Part shown: positions 31,605 to 41,576 of the stretch, piece by piece
Layout: each line of letters begins with the position of its first letter
Position numbering within the stretch: position 1 is the first letter of the stretch
From: an uncultured Candidatus Saccharibacteria bacterium
GTDB taxonomy: Bacteria; Patescibacteriota; Minisyncoccia; Phycocordibacterales; Phycocordibacteraceae
DNA length: 60,388 bases
Direction of reading: 5' to 3'
Assembly (NCBI GenBank): GCA_964446735.1
Contig: CAYUQB010000003.1
Coordinates: 40,897 to 101,284, forward strand
Position numbers and translations under genes: made by a program
The notes under the pieces: model-generated
Databases searched by the model: none
Seen by the model: only the letters and a program-made list of their open reading frames with translations
Told to the model about the DNA's origin: nothing

Positions 31605-32264
31605 CTATTTCGCCTTCTTTTTGCTCTTCCAAGAGTCGATCTGGGCATGATGACCCGTAAGCAGAACCTTCGGGACGCGGTACTTCTTCCCTTCCCACGC
31701 AATGATTTCGGGACGTGTATAGACTGCTGGAGATGCATTTCGTCGCTCTTCCACTGACTCGTCTTTACCGAGAACTCCAGGAAGCCTGCGGGTAACCGCA
31801 TCAACGATGGCCATAGCGGGTACTTCTGCTCCCGTAAGAGTTGCTTCTCCTACTGAATATTTCTTCACGGTGCCAAAGGTTTTTAGTATTGAGAGTGCCC
31901 GATCATCGATTCCTTCGTACCGGCCGCAAATAAATACAACATCGTCGAACTTCGCGAGCTTATCCGCTTCTTTATTAGTGAATGCCGGCGCGCTAGGAGA
32001 AAACCAAACTAGTGCCGTCTTCCCCTTTTTTCGTCCAAGCGCTTTTTTGACCGCGCGCACGACCGGAAGTGCGGTCATGACCATGCCAGGACCGCCTCCG
32101 TACGGACGTTCATCTACTTTGCCCCACCGGTTATCAACGAAATCGCGTGGGCTTTGGTAATCGATAGATATTTTCTTTTCTTTACGAGCACGACCGAGAA
32201 TGGACGCAGAGAGATACGCATCGCAGGCGTCGGGAAAGAGGGTGATGAAGTGGAAGCGGATCAT
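31605..32264 (-). CDS. trmD: tRNA (guanine-N1)-methyltransferase
   Basis: ITLFP, VDERPYGGGPGMV, CGRYEGIDDR, YTRP. Confidence 0.95.
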   Translation of the reverse strand: MIRFHFITLFPDACDAYLSASILGRARKEKKISIDYQSPRDFVDNRWGKVDERPYGGGPGMVMTALPVVRAVKKALGRKKGKTALVWFSPSAPAFTNKEADKLAKFDDVVFICGRYEGIDDRALSILKTFGTVKKYSVGEATLTGAEVPAMAIVDAVTRRLPGVLGKDESVEERRNASPAVYTRPEIIAWEGKKYRVPKVLLTGHHAQIDSWKSKKKAK

Positions 32265-32626
32265 ACTCGTGGGCTCAGAACAGCCTCAAGTTTGGTGAGT
32301 AGATCGAGGAAGTCAGAATAGATAATGAATTCGTTCGAAATATAGCTAAGAGATCGTGACGGGTTCTTACCCGATTCGTGGATGCAAACCACCGGCTTGC
32401 CCATCATGTTCGCCCATCCAAGCTCAATGCCCTCACCCGTAGATGGTTCGGATACTTCTGCGATCACTACATCGCAGTTGCGAATAACTTCTTTGGTGTC
32501 GATGTGCTGCTCACCTTCATGCGGCAGAACAAACTCATGCTCGGCATTCAGAGACGAGGCGCGGAGTGGTTTATACAATTTCTCCTGGTAGTCGAAGGAG
32601 TTCGAATGAGCAACGTAGATCCTCAT
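32261..32626 (-). CDS. Nucleoside 2-deoxyribosyltransferase-like protein
   Basis: IYVAHS, CDVVIAEVSEPSTGEGIELGWA. Confidence 0.8.
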   Translation of the reverse strand: MRIYVAHSNSFDYQEKLYKPLRASSLNAEHEFVLPHEGEQHIDTKEVIRNCDVVIAEVSEPSTGEGIELGWANMMGKPVVCIHESGKNPSRSLSYISNEFIIYSDFLDLLTKLEAVLSPRV

Positions 32627-32665
32627 TGCTGAAGTGTAGCAAACGAGCAGTGCGCGCTGCTTTGG

Positions 32666-32965
32666 CTAAAGGTCGCCAATGACGTCGTCCACTGAGCGCA
32701 TTTCCTCTTCACGCTTCCCGCCAACCGGTTCATTAATCTTGAGGTTCACCCGCGCGTTGTGCTTCATACCAACCACTCGCAGGAGCGTACGGAGTGCTTT
32801 AGCGATGTTCCCATCCCGGCCAATGATCTTGCCCATGTCGTCGGCGTGCACAGTGAGTGTAAGGAGAACACCCATTTCATCAACCGAACGCGTGATGACG
32901 ACCGCCTCGGGATGATCCACGAGTGCCTTGATGACGTAATCGAGAAATGCGTGATCAGTTTCCAT
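32666..32965 (-). CDS. khpA: KH-domain RNA-binding protein KhpA
   Basis: LVDHPEAV, DMGKIIGRDG.IAKALR; located next to rpsP. Confidence 0.9.
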   Translation of the reverse strand: METDHAFLDYVIKALVDHPEAVVITRSVDEMGVLLTLTVHADDMGKIIGRDGNIAKALRTLLRVVGMKHNARVNLKINEPVGGKREEEMRSVDDVIGDL

Positions 32966-33029
32966 ATCGTTTCAGAGTAGACGGGTAAATCGGGTCGGGA
33001 TTACACGCCTGCGTAGTGCAGGCAAGAAC

Positions 33030-33497
33030 TTACGCAGCCGGAGTCTCTTCGGGAGCAGCGTCGGCAGCAATTTCTTCTGCAGCAGCAGCTTCCGCGACTT
33101 CCTCAGTTGCTTCTTCGGGTGCAGCAACTTCTGCAGGGGCGGCTGCAGCGGCCTTCGCTTCCTCAGCGGCCTTAGCGGCAGCAGCCTCCTCTTCTGCCTT
33201 CTTCTTGGCGATGTTCTTTTCGAGATTCGACTTCTTTACCACCTTGGCAGTCTTGGTTCCTTCAACGACTCCCTCCTTTACAAGAAGATTGTGAAGCGAC
33301 GGAGACACCTGGGCACCCTTCGCAATCCACTCCTTAATGACATCGGCCTTAAGGGTCGTTGCCTTGGTCTTGGGGTTATAGGTACCGACCTGGTCTACGA
33401 CCTTACCGGCCTTGGGGCCGGCGGTCTTGGGGACTACAGCAATGCGAAAAGCCGGGTCATTCTTGCGGCCAATGCGCTGGAAACGAATCATCAACAT
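33030..33497 (-). CDS. rpsP: 30S ribosomal protein S16 with Ala/Glu-rich extension
   Basis: MLMIRFQRIGRKNDPAFRI, VGTYNP, WIAKGAQVS. Confidence 0.95.
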   Translation of the reverse strand: MLMIRFQRIGRKNDPAFRIAVVPKTAGPKAGKVVDQVGTYNPKTKATTLKADVIKEWIAKGAQVSPSLHNLLVKEGVVEGTKTAKVVKKSNLEKNIAKKKAEEEAAAAKAAEEAKAAAAAPAEVAAPEEATEEVAEAAAAEEIAADAAPEETPAA

Positions 33498-33581
33498 ATA
33501 GTGGTGGGTAGCGTACCAAAATCGGGAGTTTTAGTCAAAAACTGGAAGCTTCAGGATACCCCCGCGTGCTAGGCTTATCCT

Positions 33582-34532
33582 ATGAGCCTCCATGAACGCA
33601 TCATAATCCCGAAGGATACTTCGCCGTCCGAGCACCATGGATCGGAACACGAGACTGCACCCGAGACACCTCGCGCGCTCCCGTTCGTGCGTGAATTACT
33701 CCGCCAGCGCTTTGAACTCGCTGAAAACCTCGACGACCGGCTACCGTATCACAACGGCGCGCATACCGAAGGGGTGGTGCGGCGCGCACTCAAGATCGCC
33801 GAGGCACTCGGTGCAAGTAAGAAAGAAATGGAACTGGTCGAGATCGCCGCAGCATTTCACGACTCCGTGCAGGAATGGGAAGAATCAGTATTGGAAGGAG
33901 GTGTCATAAAGCGCAAACGGTTCATTACAGGCAACGAACAAAAGAGTGCTGTTGAGGCCATTGCATGGATGAAGCAGTATCCGGAGCGCTTCACGGAAGA
34001 AGACTGTGAAAAAGTACGTGAGGCCATCGAAACAACCATCCCGGACTTCAGCCCGTCTACAAACACCGTCGTTCAACCACGCCATACGAAGGAATCGAGT
34101 TTGGTTGCACGCGCTGTTGGGTTCGCTGATATCGGCACGGCAGGTATGGAACCGGAAACATTCGCGCGTGAAGGCGTCCAACTATTTGCTGAGGAACACC
34201 TCGACATTGTGCGTGCAATACGCACAGCATCGTCGCCGGACGATATCTTGGAGCAAAAGCAGAAAGAGTACCTCGCACGCTACCGCGCCTGGATGGATTT
34301 TCAGATTAAGTTTGCCCACGGCCGTCAGACTGAGACGCTGAACAATTTAGGCGATCAGTACTATTACGCCGACGAACCGGAACGTGGTCAGATACTTGAG
34401 AATCTGTTTTCGCGATTCGATGAATCCATAGCGATAGCAGAGAAAAATGCACAGGAGGCCCATGCGCTTACGTTCGAACAGATGGCACGACGCTTGGTTC
34501 CGGGCGCATTCGAACAGAAGGAAGTGGCATAA
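33582..34532 (+). CDS. HD-domain metal-dependent phosphohydrolase
   Basis: LPYHNGAHT...AAAFHD...ADIG. Confidence 0.75.
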   Translation: MSLHERIIIPKDTSPSEHHGSEHETAPETPRALPFVRELLRQRFELAENLDDRLPYHNGAHTEGVVRRALKIAEALGASKKEMELVEIAAAFHDSVQEWEESVLEGGVIKRKRFITGNEQKSAVEAIAWMKQYPERFTEEDCEKVREAIETTIPDFSPSTNTVVQPRHTKESSLVARAVGFADIGTAGMEPETFAREGVQLFAEEHLDIVRAIRTASSPDDILEQKQKEYLARYRAWMDFQIKFAHGRQTETLNNLGDQYYYADEPERGQILENLFSRFDESIAIAEKNAQEAHALTFEQMARRLVPGAFEQKEVA

Positions 34533-34636
34533 AAAGAGCGGCGCCCGGGGGCGCCGCAAGTGTGCATCACGAGGAAAGGGTATACCCTCGCCTCTATTTC
34601 ATAGCATATATAGGCGTATCTGCTACAGTACAAAAA

Positions 34637-36598
34637 ATGACCGGCTCGAACGATACATACCAAGGTCCGATCACCATTACCCGAACTGGCAAGGGCTTCT
34701 TTACGTACGATCCTGACGAGGATGACTTATTCATATCTTCAGAGAACCTGAACGGGGCCTTCCCGAACGACATCGTGGAGGTGAAGAAGACGGGGATGGA
34801 AGTTGATCCACGCACTCGGCAGAAACGCGAGGTAGGTGAAGTGGTGGCCATCGTCACGCGCAGCCGAGAAACCTTCGTCGGTACGCTGGTCGAAAACAAG
34901 GAGGAGAATCTCACGATGCTCATTCCCGACTGGAAGAAGATGTACGTCCCCTTTGTCGTTAAAGGTGAATCGCTTCCTTTGGGTCAGAAGGTACTCATTC
35001 GCTTTCAGGGCTGGGCTGCACACCAGCCATATCCATGGGGCACGCTTGAAGAAATCATCGGTCCTGCCGGTGAGCACGAGACCGAGATGCGCGCCCTTGC
35101 CCTCTCCCAAGGATTCCGGAGCGACTTCCCTCCTGGCGTACAGAACGAGGCACGCGAATTAGAAAAGACCGGTAAAGGCCTCATCGCCAAGGATGCTGAA
35201 GAAGGCATTGCGAGCGGACGCCGCAAGGACTTCCGGAACGTCACCACATTCACGATAGACCCATATGACGCGAAAGACTTTGACGATGCACTCTCGGTAC
35301 GAAAACTCGAGAATGGGAACGTCGAAGTAGGGATTCACATTGCTGATGTCTCGCATTTCGTGCGACCGGGTACCTCCATTGATGTTGAGGGGCGAAAGCG
35401 AGCAACGAGTGTGTACTTGGTAGACCGCACGATCCCCATGCTTCCGGAGATTCTTTCGAATGATCTCTGTTCGCTCAACCCGCACGAGGATCGACTCGCG
35501 GTATCAGCGGTGTTTGAGCTCGACTCGAACGCAGGCATCGTCTCCCGCTGGTTCGGTGAGACCGTAATCTACTCCGATCATCGCTTTACGTACGAAAACG
35601 CCCAAGAAGTCCTTGACACCCAGTCCGGCGAGTATCTGGAGGAGCTCAACACCTTGAAAGCACTCGCTGATAAGATACGCGACCGACGTACCAGAGCAGG
35701 CGCTATCGCCTTCGACACCCCGGAAGTAAAAATCAAGCTCGATGAGACCGGCAAGCCAATCGAGGTATCCCTCAAGGAACGCCGCGACACTAACCTGCTC
35801 ATTGAGGATTTCATGCTACTCGCCAACGAAGCTGTCGCCGAAATGCTCTCAGAGGAAGCTAAGAAGGCTGGAATGCCCGACGCGATCATTTACCGCATCC
35901 ATGATGTTCCCGACGCGGAACGTATCGAGAACCTCTCCCAATTCCTCAAGGTTATGGGATACGGACTTGAGACACGTGCCGGGCATGTGAAAGGCACCGA
36001 CATTAATCAGCTGCTTGAGAAAGTGAAAGGGACCCCGGAGGAATATCTCATCAAGACCGCAACGCTGCGCTCCATGGCTAAGGCTATCTACACGACCAAA
36101 AACGTCGGCCACTACGGACTCGCCTTCACGTACTACACGCACTTCACCTCTCCTATCCGTCGGTATCCAGACCTCCTTATCCACCGTCTCGTGAAGCACT
36201 ATCGCAATGGCTCTACCTTCACGAAGGAAGCATTCGCAGAACTCGACGACTTGGCCTTCCACTCAAGCGAACGTGAAGCAGCAGCAGTCGAAGCAGAACG
36301 CGATTCGATCAAGCTCAAGCTGGTTGAGTTCATGGCAGACAAGGTAGGGCAAGAATTTGATGCCGTCATCTCGGGCGTCTCCGATCGAGGCCTCTTTGTG
36401 GAGCTCACGCAAACCCGTGCTGAAGGTATGATCCGCATCCGTGAACTTGGAAACGACTACTTCATCTACGACGAGAAGCGCTACCGTATTGTGGGCGAAC
36501 GTACCAAGCAAGAGTTTGCACTTGGTGATCCGATTCGGGTGAAGCTTACCGAAGCGAGAGTGCTTGAGCGAGAGCTTGATTTCACGCTCGTACCGTAA
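34637..36598 (+). CDS. rnr: Ribonuclease R
   Basis: FTIDPYDAKDFDDALS, HIADVS, IEDFMLLAN, YTHFTSPIRRYPDL, S1 domain. Confidence 0.95.
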   Translation: MTGSNDTYQGPITITRTGKGFFTYDPDEDDLFISSENLNGAFPNDIVEVKKTGMEVDPRTRQKREVGEVVAIVTRSRETFVGTLVENKEENLTMLIPDWKKMYVPFVVKGESLPLGQKVLIRFQGWAAHQPYPWGTLEEIIGPAGEHETEMRALALSQGFRSDFPPGVQNEARELEKTGKGLIAKDAEEGIASGRRKDFRNVTTFTIDPYDAKDFDDALSVRKLENGNVEVGIHIADVSHFVRPGTSIDVEGRKRATSVYLVDRTIPMLPEILSNDLCSLNPHEDRLAVSAVFELDSNAGIVSRWFGETVIYSDHRFTYENAQEVLDTQSGEYLEELNTLKALADKIRDRRTRAGAIAFDTPEVKIKLDETGKPIEVSLKERRDTNLLIEDFMLLANEAVAEMLSEEAKKAGMPDAIIYRIHDVPDAERIENLSQFLKVMGYGLETRAGHVKGTDINQLLEKVKGTPEEYLIKTATLRSMAKAIYTTKNVGHYGLAFTYYTHFTSPIRRYPDLLIHRLVKHYRNGSTFTKEAFAELDDLAFHSSEREAAAVEAERDSIKLKLVEFMADKVGQEFDAVISGVSDRGLFVELTQTRAEGMIRIRELGNDYFIYDEKRYRIVGERTKQEFALGDPIRVKLTEARVLERELDFTLVP

Positions 36599-36681
36599 CG
36601 ACGTTTATTCTGACTCCTCAGATGTAACGAAATGCCCGGGCCTTGCGGTCCGGGCGTTCGCTACTTGCGCGAATGGTGCTG

Positions 36682-36867
36682 TCAGGCCAGATCGGCTTCG
36701 ACGTCTTCCGAGTAGGAGCCGGTAGGTGTCTGCGGCGGGAGCGGAAGCGTCTCCTCACTGAAGACATACATGGGCACCTGATGCACCGGATCCGTGACGA
36801 CGAGTCGGTCAGCATGCGTGCCACGCTTGGCCTGCAACTGTTCGTTGATGTCGATGACTTGTCCCAT
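36682..36867 (-). CDS. Hypothetical protein, 61 aa (orphan unit)
   Basis: SD GGGAGG; TTGACG-16-TATTTT promoter whose -35 overlaps the gdh stop; hairpin 36628-36660. Confidence 0.6.
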   Translation of the reverse strand: MGQVIDINEQLQAKRGTHADRLVVTDPVHQVPMYVFSEETLPLPPQTPTGSYSEDVEADLA

Positions 36868-36918
36868 GGCGTCCTCCCAGGACCTGCTAATCTGAAAATA
36901 CTATGAAAACGCTGCGCG

Positions 36919-38175
36919 TCAATTCTCGAGGATGCGCGAAATACCGAGCGCGTATGCAGCCTCACGAAGCGTTACGTTCCGATCAAGTGCGAAGTCGGCA
37001 ACGTCTCGATATGCATTTCGCATAGTTTCCTCGAGACGGTTGTGTACATCTTCCCGAGTCCAGCGCTCGCCTTGCTTGTTTTGAAGCCATTCAAAATATG
37101 AGACCGTGACACCACCGGCGTTAGCAAGCACATCAGGAACTACTGCAACCCCCCGCTCGGCAAGGACGGCATCAGCTTCGGGAGTGGTTGGACCATTTGC
37201 AATCTCAAGCACGATGTCTGCTCGTACTGCTTCAACATTCGCTAACGTGATCTGTTCTTCAAGCGCTGCGGGGACAAGAATGTCTACGGACGCACTGATG
37301 ACCGCGTCTGGATCATGGAGTTCGACTGCATCTGCCTCCATGCGTGCTGCATCGCAGACTGAGCCATCACAATACAGACCGCGCACCGAACCCTTAGATT
37401 CTTTTGCTTCAAGTACATGCTCAATGTCGAGTCCACTACGCGACAGGAGCGTGCCATGACTATCGGCAACGCCAATAATATGCACGCCCATTGCGTCTAG
37501 GAGACGTGCTGCCTGAGCACCGGCGTTCCCTGCCCCCTGCACGGCGGCCCGGAGCCCTTCAGCTCCACGATGCTGATCATCAAGCAGTGAACGCAGCACG
37601 ACGATAGCACCGTCAGCAGTTGCGGTATCACGCCCAATACTGCCGCCCTTCTCAAGAGGTTTACCTGTGATGAACGCAGGAGCGCTGCCTCCGACAATCT
37701 TTTCGTATTCATCAAGCATGACCGCCATGATGTCGGGATTTGTGTAGACATCGGGTGCGGGGACATCAAGGTCAGGCCCGAGGTGCTCAGCAAACGCACG
37801 TACATATGCACGAGCGACCTCATGTACTTCGTGTGGTGAGTACTGTTTCGGATCGAATGCGACACCTCCCTTTGCTCCGCCGAATGGAATATCCACCACC
37901 GCGCACTTGATAGCCATCATCGCAGCCAACGCTTTGACTTCGTCTTCATCAGCTTCCGGATGAAATCGAATACCACCCTTATACGGGCCACGTGCGTTAT
38001 TAAATTGCACTCGGTATGCCGGAAAGGTGGCAGCCGCACCATCATCAAGAGTGATTTCGAGGTTTGCTCTAAGTACCCGGTCCGGAGTCTCTAAGCGTTT
38101 ACGGTCCTCCTCGGAAAGTCCAAGCAGATTCGCGGCCGTATCAACATGGTGCTTGAAGAATTCAAATGCTGCCAT
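36919..38175 (-). CDS. gdhA: Glu/Leu/Phe/Val dehydrogenase (glutamate dehydrogenase)
   Basis: GPYKGGIRFHP, GGAKGG, DVPAPD, GAGNAG, ANGPTT, NAGGVTVSYFEW. Confidence 0.92.
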   Translation of the reverse strand: MAAFEFFKHHVDTAANLLGLSEEDRKRLETPDRVLRANLEITLDDGAAATFPAYRVQFNNARGPYKGGIRFHPEADEDEVKALAAMMAIKCAVVDIPFGGAKGGVAFDPKQYSPHEVHEVARAYVRAFAEHLGPDLDVPAPDVYTNPDIMAVMLDEYEKIVGGSAPAFITGKPLEKGGSIGRDTATADGAIVVLRSLLDDQHRGAEGLRAAVQGAGNAGAQAARLLDAMGVHIIGVADSHGTLLSRSGLDIEHVLEAKESKGSVRGLYCDGSVCDAARMEADAVELHDPDAVISASVDILVPAALEEQITLANVEAVRADIVLEIANGPTTPEADAVLAERGVAVVPDVLANAGGVTVSYFEWLQNKQGERWTREDVHNRLEETMRNAYRDVADFALDRNVTLREAAYALGISRILEN

Positions 38176-38272
38176 CGTGCCGACAGTCTACGCCTCCTAG
38201 CGCAACCGTCTATGGGGATAAGGAGCGGGCGCTCCCGACCTGGAGTCGGAGCGCCCGAGGGAACGGGGAGCC

Positions 38273-38437
38273 TCACGGGGCATCCTCTTCAGATTGTTCG
38301 GGGAGCCCTTCAGGCGGAGGATTGCCCTTCACTACTTGTGCCATTTCGGCATCGAATTGGCGCCCTCCCATGCCACGGCTCGCTCCCCACGGGTCATATT
38401 GCATATGCGCCGGAATCGGTGGACGCTCTCCGTCCAT
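38273..38437 (-). CDS. Small acidic Pro/Gly-rich protein, 54 aa, not in the ORF track
   Basis: MDGERPPIPAHMQYDPWGASRGMGGRQFDAEMAQVVKGNPPPEGLPEQSEEDAP; SD GAGGAG; hairpin 38257-38226 after the stop. Confidence 0.55.
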   Translation of the reverse strand: MDGERPPIPAHMQYDPWGASRGMGGRQFDAEMAQVVKGNPPPEGLPEQSEEDAP

Positions 38438-38503
38438 GTACTACTCCTCTTCAGTCGAACACAGCTAAGAACCCGTTATGTACGTAAAAAGTTACCGCAA
38501 TGA

Positions 38504-38698
38504 CTATCGAGACGTGAACGGTGGGATACCAAGATCCTTACAAATCTTGCGATCTAGAAATGTATTGATTTCCGTATGACGCGGCACGGTGCTCATCAGG
38601 CCATTCGTAGAATTTAGATACACCGCATGCTTCGCTCCTTCGCGAATCAATCTACAACCATAGTGATGGAGGTGGCGTACGAGCTTCGCCCGATTCAT
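38504..38698 (-). CDS. hicA: HicA-family toxin
   Basis: LVRHL...GC.LIREGAKH...TVPRHTEI...ICKDLGI. Confidence 0.85.
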   Translation of the reverse strand: MNRAKLVRHLHHYGCRLIREGAKHAVYLNSTNGLMSTVPRHTEINTFLDRKICKDLGIPPFTSR

Positions 38699-38700
38699 GG

Positions 38701-38910
38701 TTATGCGGGAGCGAACCGTTCGCGTACAACGCCACCCTTTGCCTGCTCACGCTTAGTCAGCTGACGTCGCGCGCTAACGAATTCTTCAAGTGCGTCAGAA
38801 AGATTTTCTTTCGCCTCCCGCTTCGAAGATCCCTGAGTGTTTACACCAGGAATTTCTTCAAGCCAGGCAACGTAGCCTTGGCGGGTTTTTTTATACACGG
38901 CTGTATACAT
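38701..38910 (-). CDS. hicB: HicB-family antitoxin (short form, no DNA-binding domain)
   Basis: YVAWLEEIPGVNTQG....EA.ENL.DALE; directly upstream of hicA. Confidence 0.85.
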   Translation of the reverse strand: MYTAVYKKTRQGYVAWLEEIPGVNTQGSSKREAKENLSDALEEFVSARRQLTKREQAKGGVVRERFAPA

Positions 38911-38952
38911 AGCCCGAATATAACATGGAGAAATGAAGACAGTGAGAACGTG

Positions 38953-41166
38953 CTATTTAGCAACGGCAGTCGCCTCTTCAAACTTCACTGACAAAAGCTT
39001 CGATACCCCATCCCCGCCCATGGTTACGCCGTATAGGATACCAGCACGGCTCATGGTCTCTCGGTTATGCGTGATCACGATGAGCTGAGAGCGCTTGGCG
39101 AGTTCCTCGATCATGTCGCCATAGCGACGAGAGTTCGCTTCATCAAGTGCAGCGTCGGTCTCATCAAGAATAAGAAATGGTGGCGGGTTGACCTGACTCA
39201 TAGCAAAGATGAGGGCAATGGAGGTGAGGGCACGCTCGCCCCCTGAAAGTTGCATAAGAGATTGCACTCGTTTTTTCGGGAGATGCACTGCTATTTCAAT
39301 ACCTGGCTTCCCGCTTTTTTTCTTCTTTCCACTTTCCTCTTCATCAAATGCTTCATCCTCGTCCTCATCGGCATCAAGTTCCTCGAGCACCAGTTTCGCG
39401 CCACCCCCTCCGAACATGACACTGAAGTATTCAGTGAACGAGTGATTCACTTTCGCGAGACCTTCCGCAAAGGTTGTCGCGAGTTCTTCATCCAAGTCGC
39501 GAATGAGCCCTGCGAGACCCTCCGCAGATTTCGCGAGGTCCTCAAGTTCGCGCGCGAGAAACGCTTCGCGCTCGGTTGCATCGGTATATTCTTTCCGTAC
39601 ATCCTCTCCGGTTCCTCCTGCTTCCTCGACCCGTATTTTGAGCCGTTCGAGCTGTCGCTTGCGATTCTCCTGGGCGGAACGTTCTTCTGGCTCACGTGCT
39701 ATGACTTCATGGGAGAACGCCTGGGATCCGGCAAGCGCAAGCACCTCCGCGCGGTCTCGTTCAAGCTCGTCAGCAAGCATCTGGAGTTCACGGAGCCGCC
39801 CATCTTCACGGGTAAGTGCTGCCTCCTCCTTTGCTTTTGACTCAGCAAGACCAAGAATTCGCCGTTTCTCCTCTCGTCCTGTCTCTTCATGTGCAAGTGC
39901 AGCCTCACGAGCTTTCATGAGCGCACTTCTGGCCTGCTCGATGCGTCCCTCACATTCCGCATCTCTCTTGAGGAAGTCTGCGCGTTCGTTCTCGAGTGCG
40001 TACACCGTGTTCTCTTCTTCGGCGAGGTAGTCGTCGTTCGGTGCAGCATAGCGCTCAAAGAACGCTGCAACCGCAGCACGAAGTGCTTGCAGCGCCGCGC
40101 GAACGGCACCAGGTTCAGTGTCTTCAGAAATGCGTGCCTGCTTCTCTACCTCTTCGCGAAGCGAGGACAGATCTTCACGCGTTACTTTCACATATGGTTC
40201 ACGGGCCACTGCAGCGCTCCGCTTTTTTGCTTCATGGAGTCCACCCTCAACACGACCGAGCTCACGTGCCAGTTGCGCGCGTTCCTGTGAAAGACGATCG
40301 ACTTCGCGCTCTGCCTGGCGAATGGTTTCCGCACGCTTCATCCCCTCCGAGTCGGTCGTCGCTCGTTCATCAAACGCAGAAAGTTCAGCGGACACTGTCG
40401 CGAGTCTCTCACGCGCTTGTTCCTTGCGACCGTTTGCGTGAGTACGCTCCTCGGCAATATATGCCTCTTCGATTGCAAAATAAGTCCGGGCAAGCGTAGC
40501 TAGCTCACGCATTAACTCCTCTGCGCGTTCGAGCTTCTGTACTTGCTTCTCGAGGAATCGAATATGGGGAGCAATTTCGCGCCGGAGTGCTTCAACCTCG
40601 CGGACATTTTCTTGGGTGCGTTCGAGCTTTCGCTCTGCTTCCTGCTTCTTGAATTCGAAATACTTAAGACCAAGCGCGTCCTCAAGCATGGCGCGACGTT
40701 CGCGTGGATGTGCGAGAAGAATGCGGTCCGCTTCACCCTGGGAAATAATGTGGTGCCCGGTCTCGCCGATATTTGCAGAAGCAAGCAGTTCTTGAATGTC
40801 TCGCAACCGTACCTTGGTACCATTGATGAGGTACTCAGAAGAGCCGTCGCGGAAGACGGCACGTTCAATCGTTACCTCGTCATAGTCGAGCTTCGGGAAG
40901 ATCCGCTTTCGGTTATCAAACACAATCGCGACCGAGGCGCGGTTACTCCGAGGCGTTGCGTGGGAGCCAGACCAGATAAGGTCTTCACTGCGTTTGCCGC
41001 GCATTGATTTCATAGACTGCTCGCCAAGTGCAAAGCGAAACGCTTCCGCGACATTCGATTTCCCTGAGCCATTGGGACCAACGATTGCAGTCGTCGCGTT
41101 ACTGAAATCCATCAGTGTCTTCTTGGCGAACGATTTAAAGCCGACTATCTCCAGCCGTTTCAGCAT
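38953..41166 (-). CDS. smc: SMC-family ATPase, compact (737 aa)
   Basis: GFKSFA, Walker A GPNGSGKSN, ISQG Q-loop, LSGGE, Walker B/D-loop LDETDAALD, ITH. Confidence 0.88.
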   Translation of the reverse strand: MLKRLEIVGFKSFAKKTLMDFSNATTAIVGPNGSGKSNVAEAFRFALGEQSMKSMRGKRSEDLIWSGSHATPRSNRASVAIVFDNRKRIFPKLDYDEVTIERAVFRDGSSEYLINGTKVRLRDIQELLASANIGETGHHIISQGEADRILLAHPRERRAMLEDALGLKYFEFKKQEAERKLERTQENVREVEALRREIAPHIRFLEKQVQKLERAEELMRELATLARTYFAIEEAYIAEERTHANGRKEQARERLATVSAELSAFDERATTDSEGMKRAETIRQAEREVDRLSQERAQLARELGRVEGGLHEAKKRSAAVAREPYVKVTREDLSSLREEVEKQARISEDTEPGAVRAALQALRAAVAAFFERYAAPNDDYLAEEENTVYALENERADFLKRDAECEGRIEQARSALMKAREAALAHEETGREEKRRILGLAESKAKEEAALTREDGRLRELQMLADELERDRAEVLALAGSQAFSHEVIAREPEERSAQENRKRQLERLKIRVEEAGGTGEDVRKEYTDATEREAFLARELEDLAKSAEGLAGLIRDLDEELATTFAEGLAKVNHSFTEYFSVMFGGGGAKLVLEELDADEDEDEAFDEEESGKKKKSGKPGIEIAVHLPKKRVQSLMQLSGGERALTSIALIFAMSQVNPPPFLILDETDAALDEANSRRYGDMIEELAKRSQLIVITHNRETMSRAGILYGVTMGGDGVSKLLSVKFEEATAVAK

Positions 41167-41233
41167 CAGGAAAAGTATACCGTATGTATACGCGACTCCG
41201 CTCCCTGCGATACGCGAGGGAGCGGATGAAGGA

Positions 41234-41518
41234 CTAGTGGATCACGGCGAGATACAGGCCGATCAGGAACCCGGCGACCAGGAAGACGCGGACATAGAAC
41301 AGGTACTGCAGCTTCCGGAACTGGTGACAGAGCCAGAGCGCCGCGAATCCGACGATGAGCGCTGGACCCATGTTCACGAGATAGGGATCGAGAGACGAGG
41401 GCGTCGGGACCTCCGGCATTCCGAGGAACCCGATAGCAGCCGTCACGATGACGAAGACCGCGAACCATAGCCCGGGCCGGTGTGGATCGTACAGTTTGAA
41501 TGCGCCTCGCTTGAGCAT
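41234..41518 (-). CDS. Three-TM membrane protein (orphan unit)
   Basis: TTGGCT-17-CATACT promoter, SD GGAGGG, downstream hairpin. Confidence 0.65.
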   Translation of the reverse strand: MLKRGAFKLYDPHRPGLWFAVFVIVTAAIGFLGMPEVPTPSSLDPYLVNMGPALIVGFAALWLCHQFRKLQYLFYVRVFLVAGFLIGLYLAVIH

Positions 41519-41576
41519 GGCGAAACCCTCCAGTGGACCTGGGGTAAGTATGTATCACGCTCGCGAACCAGCCAAC

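Noticed and set aside
38504-38910. hicBA as a marker of a prophage or island
   Set aside because: No integrase, phage genes or att repeats nearby; flanked by core genes
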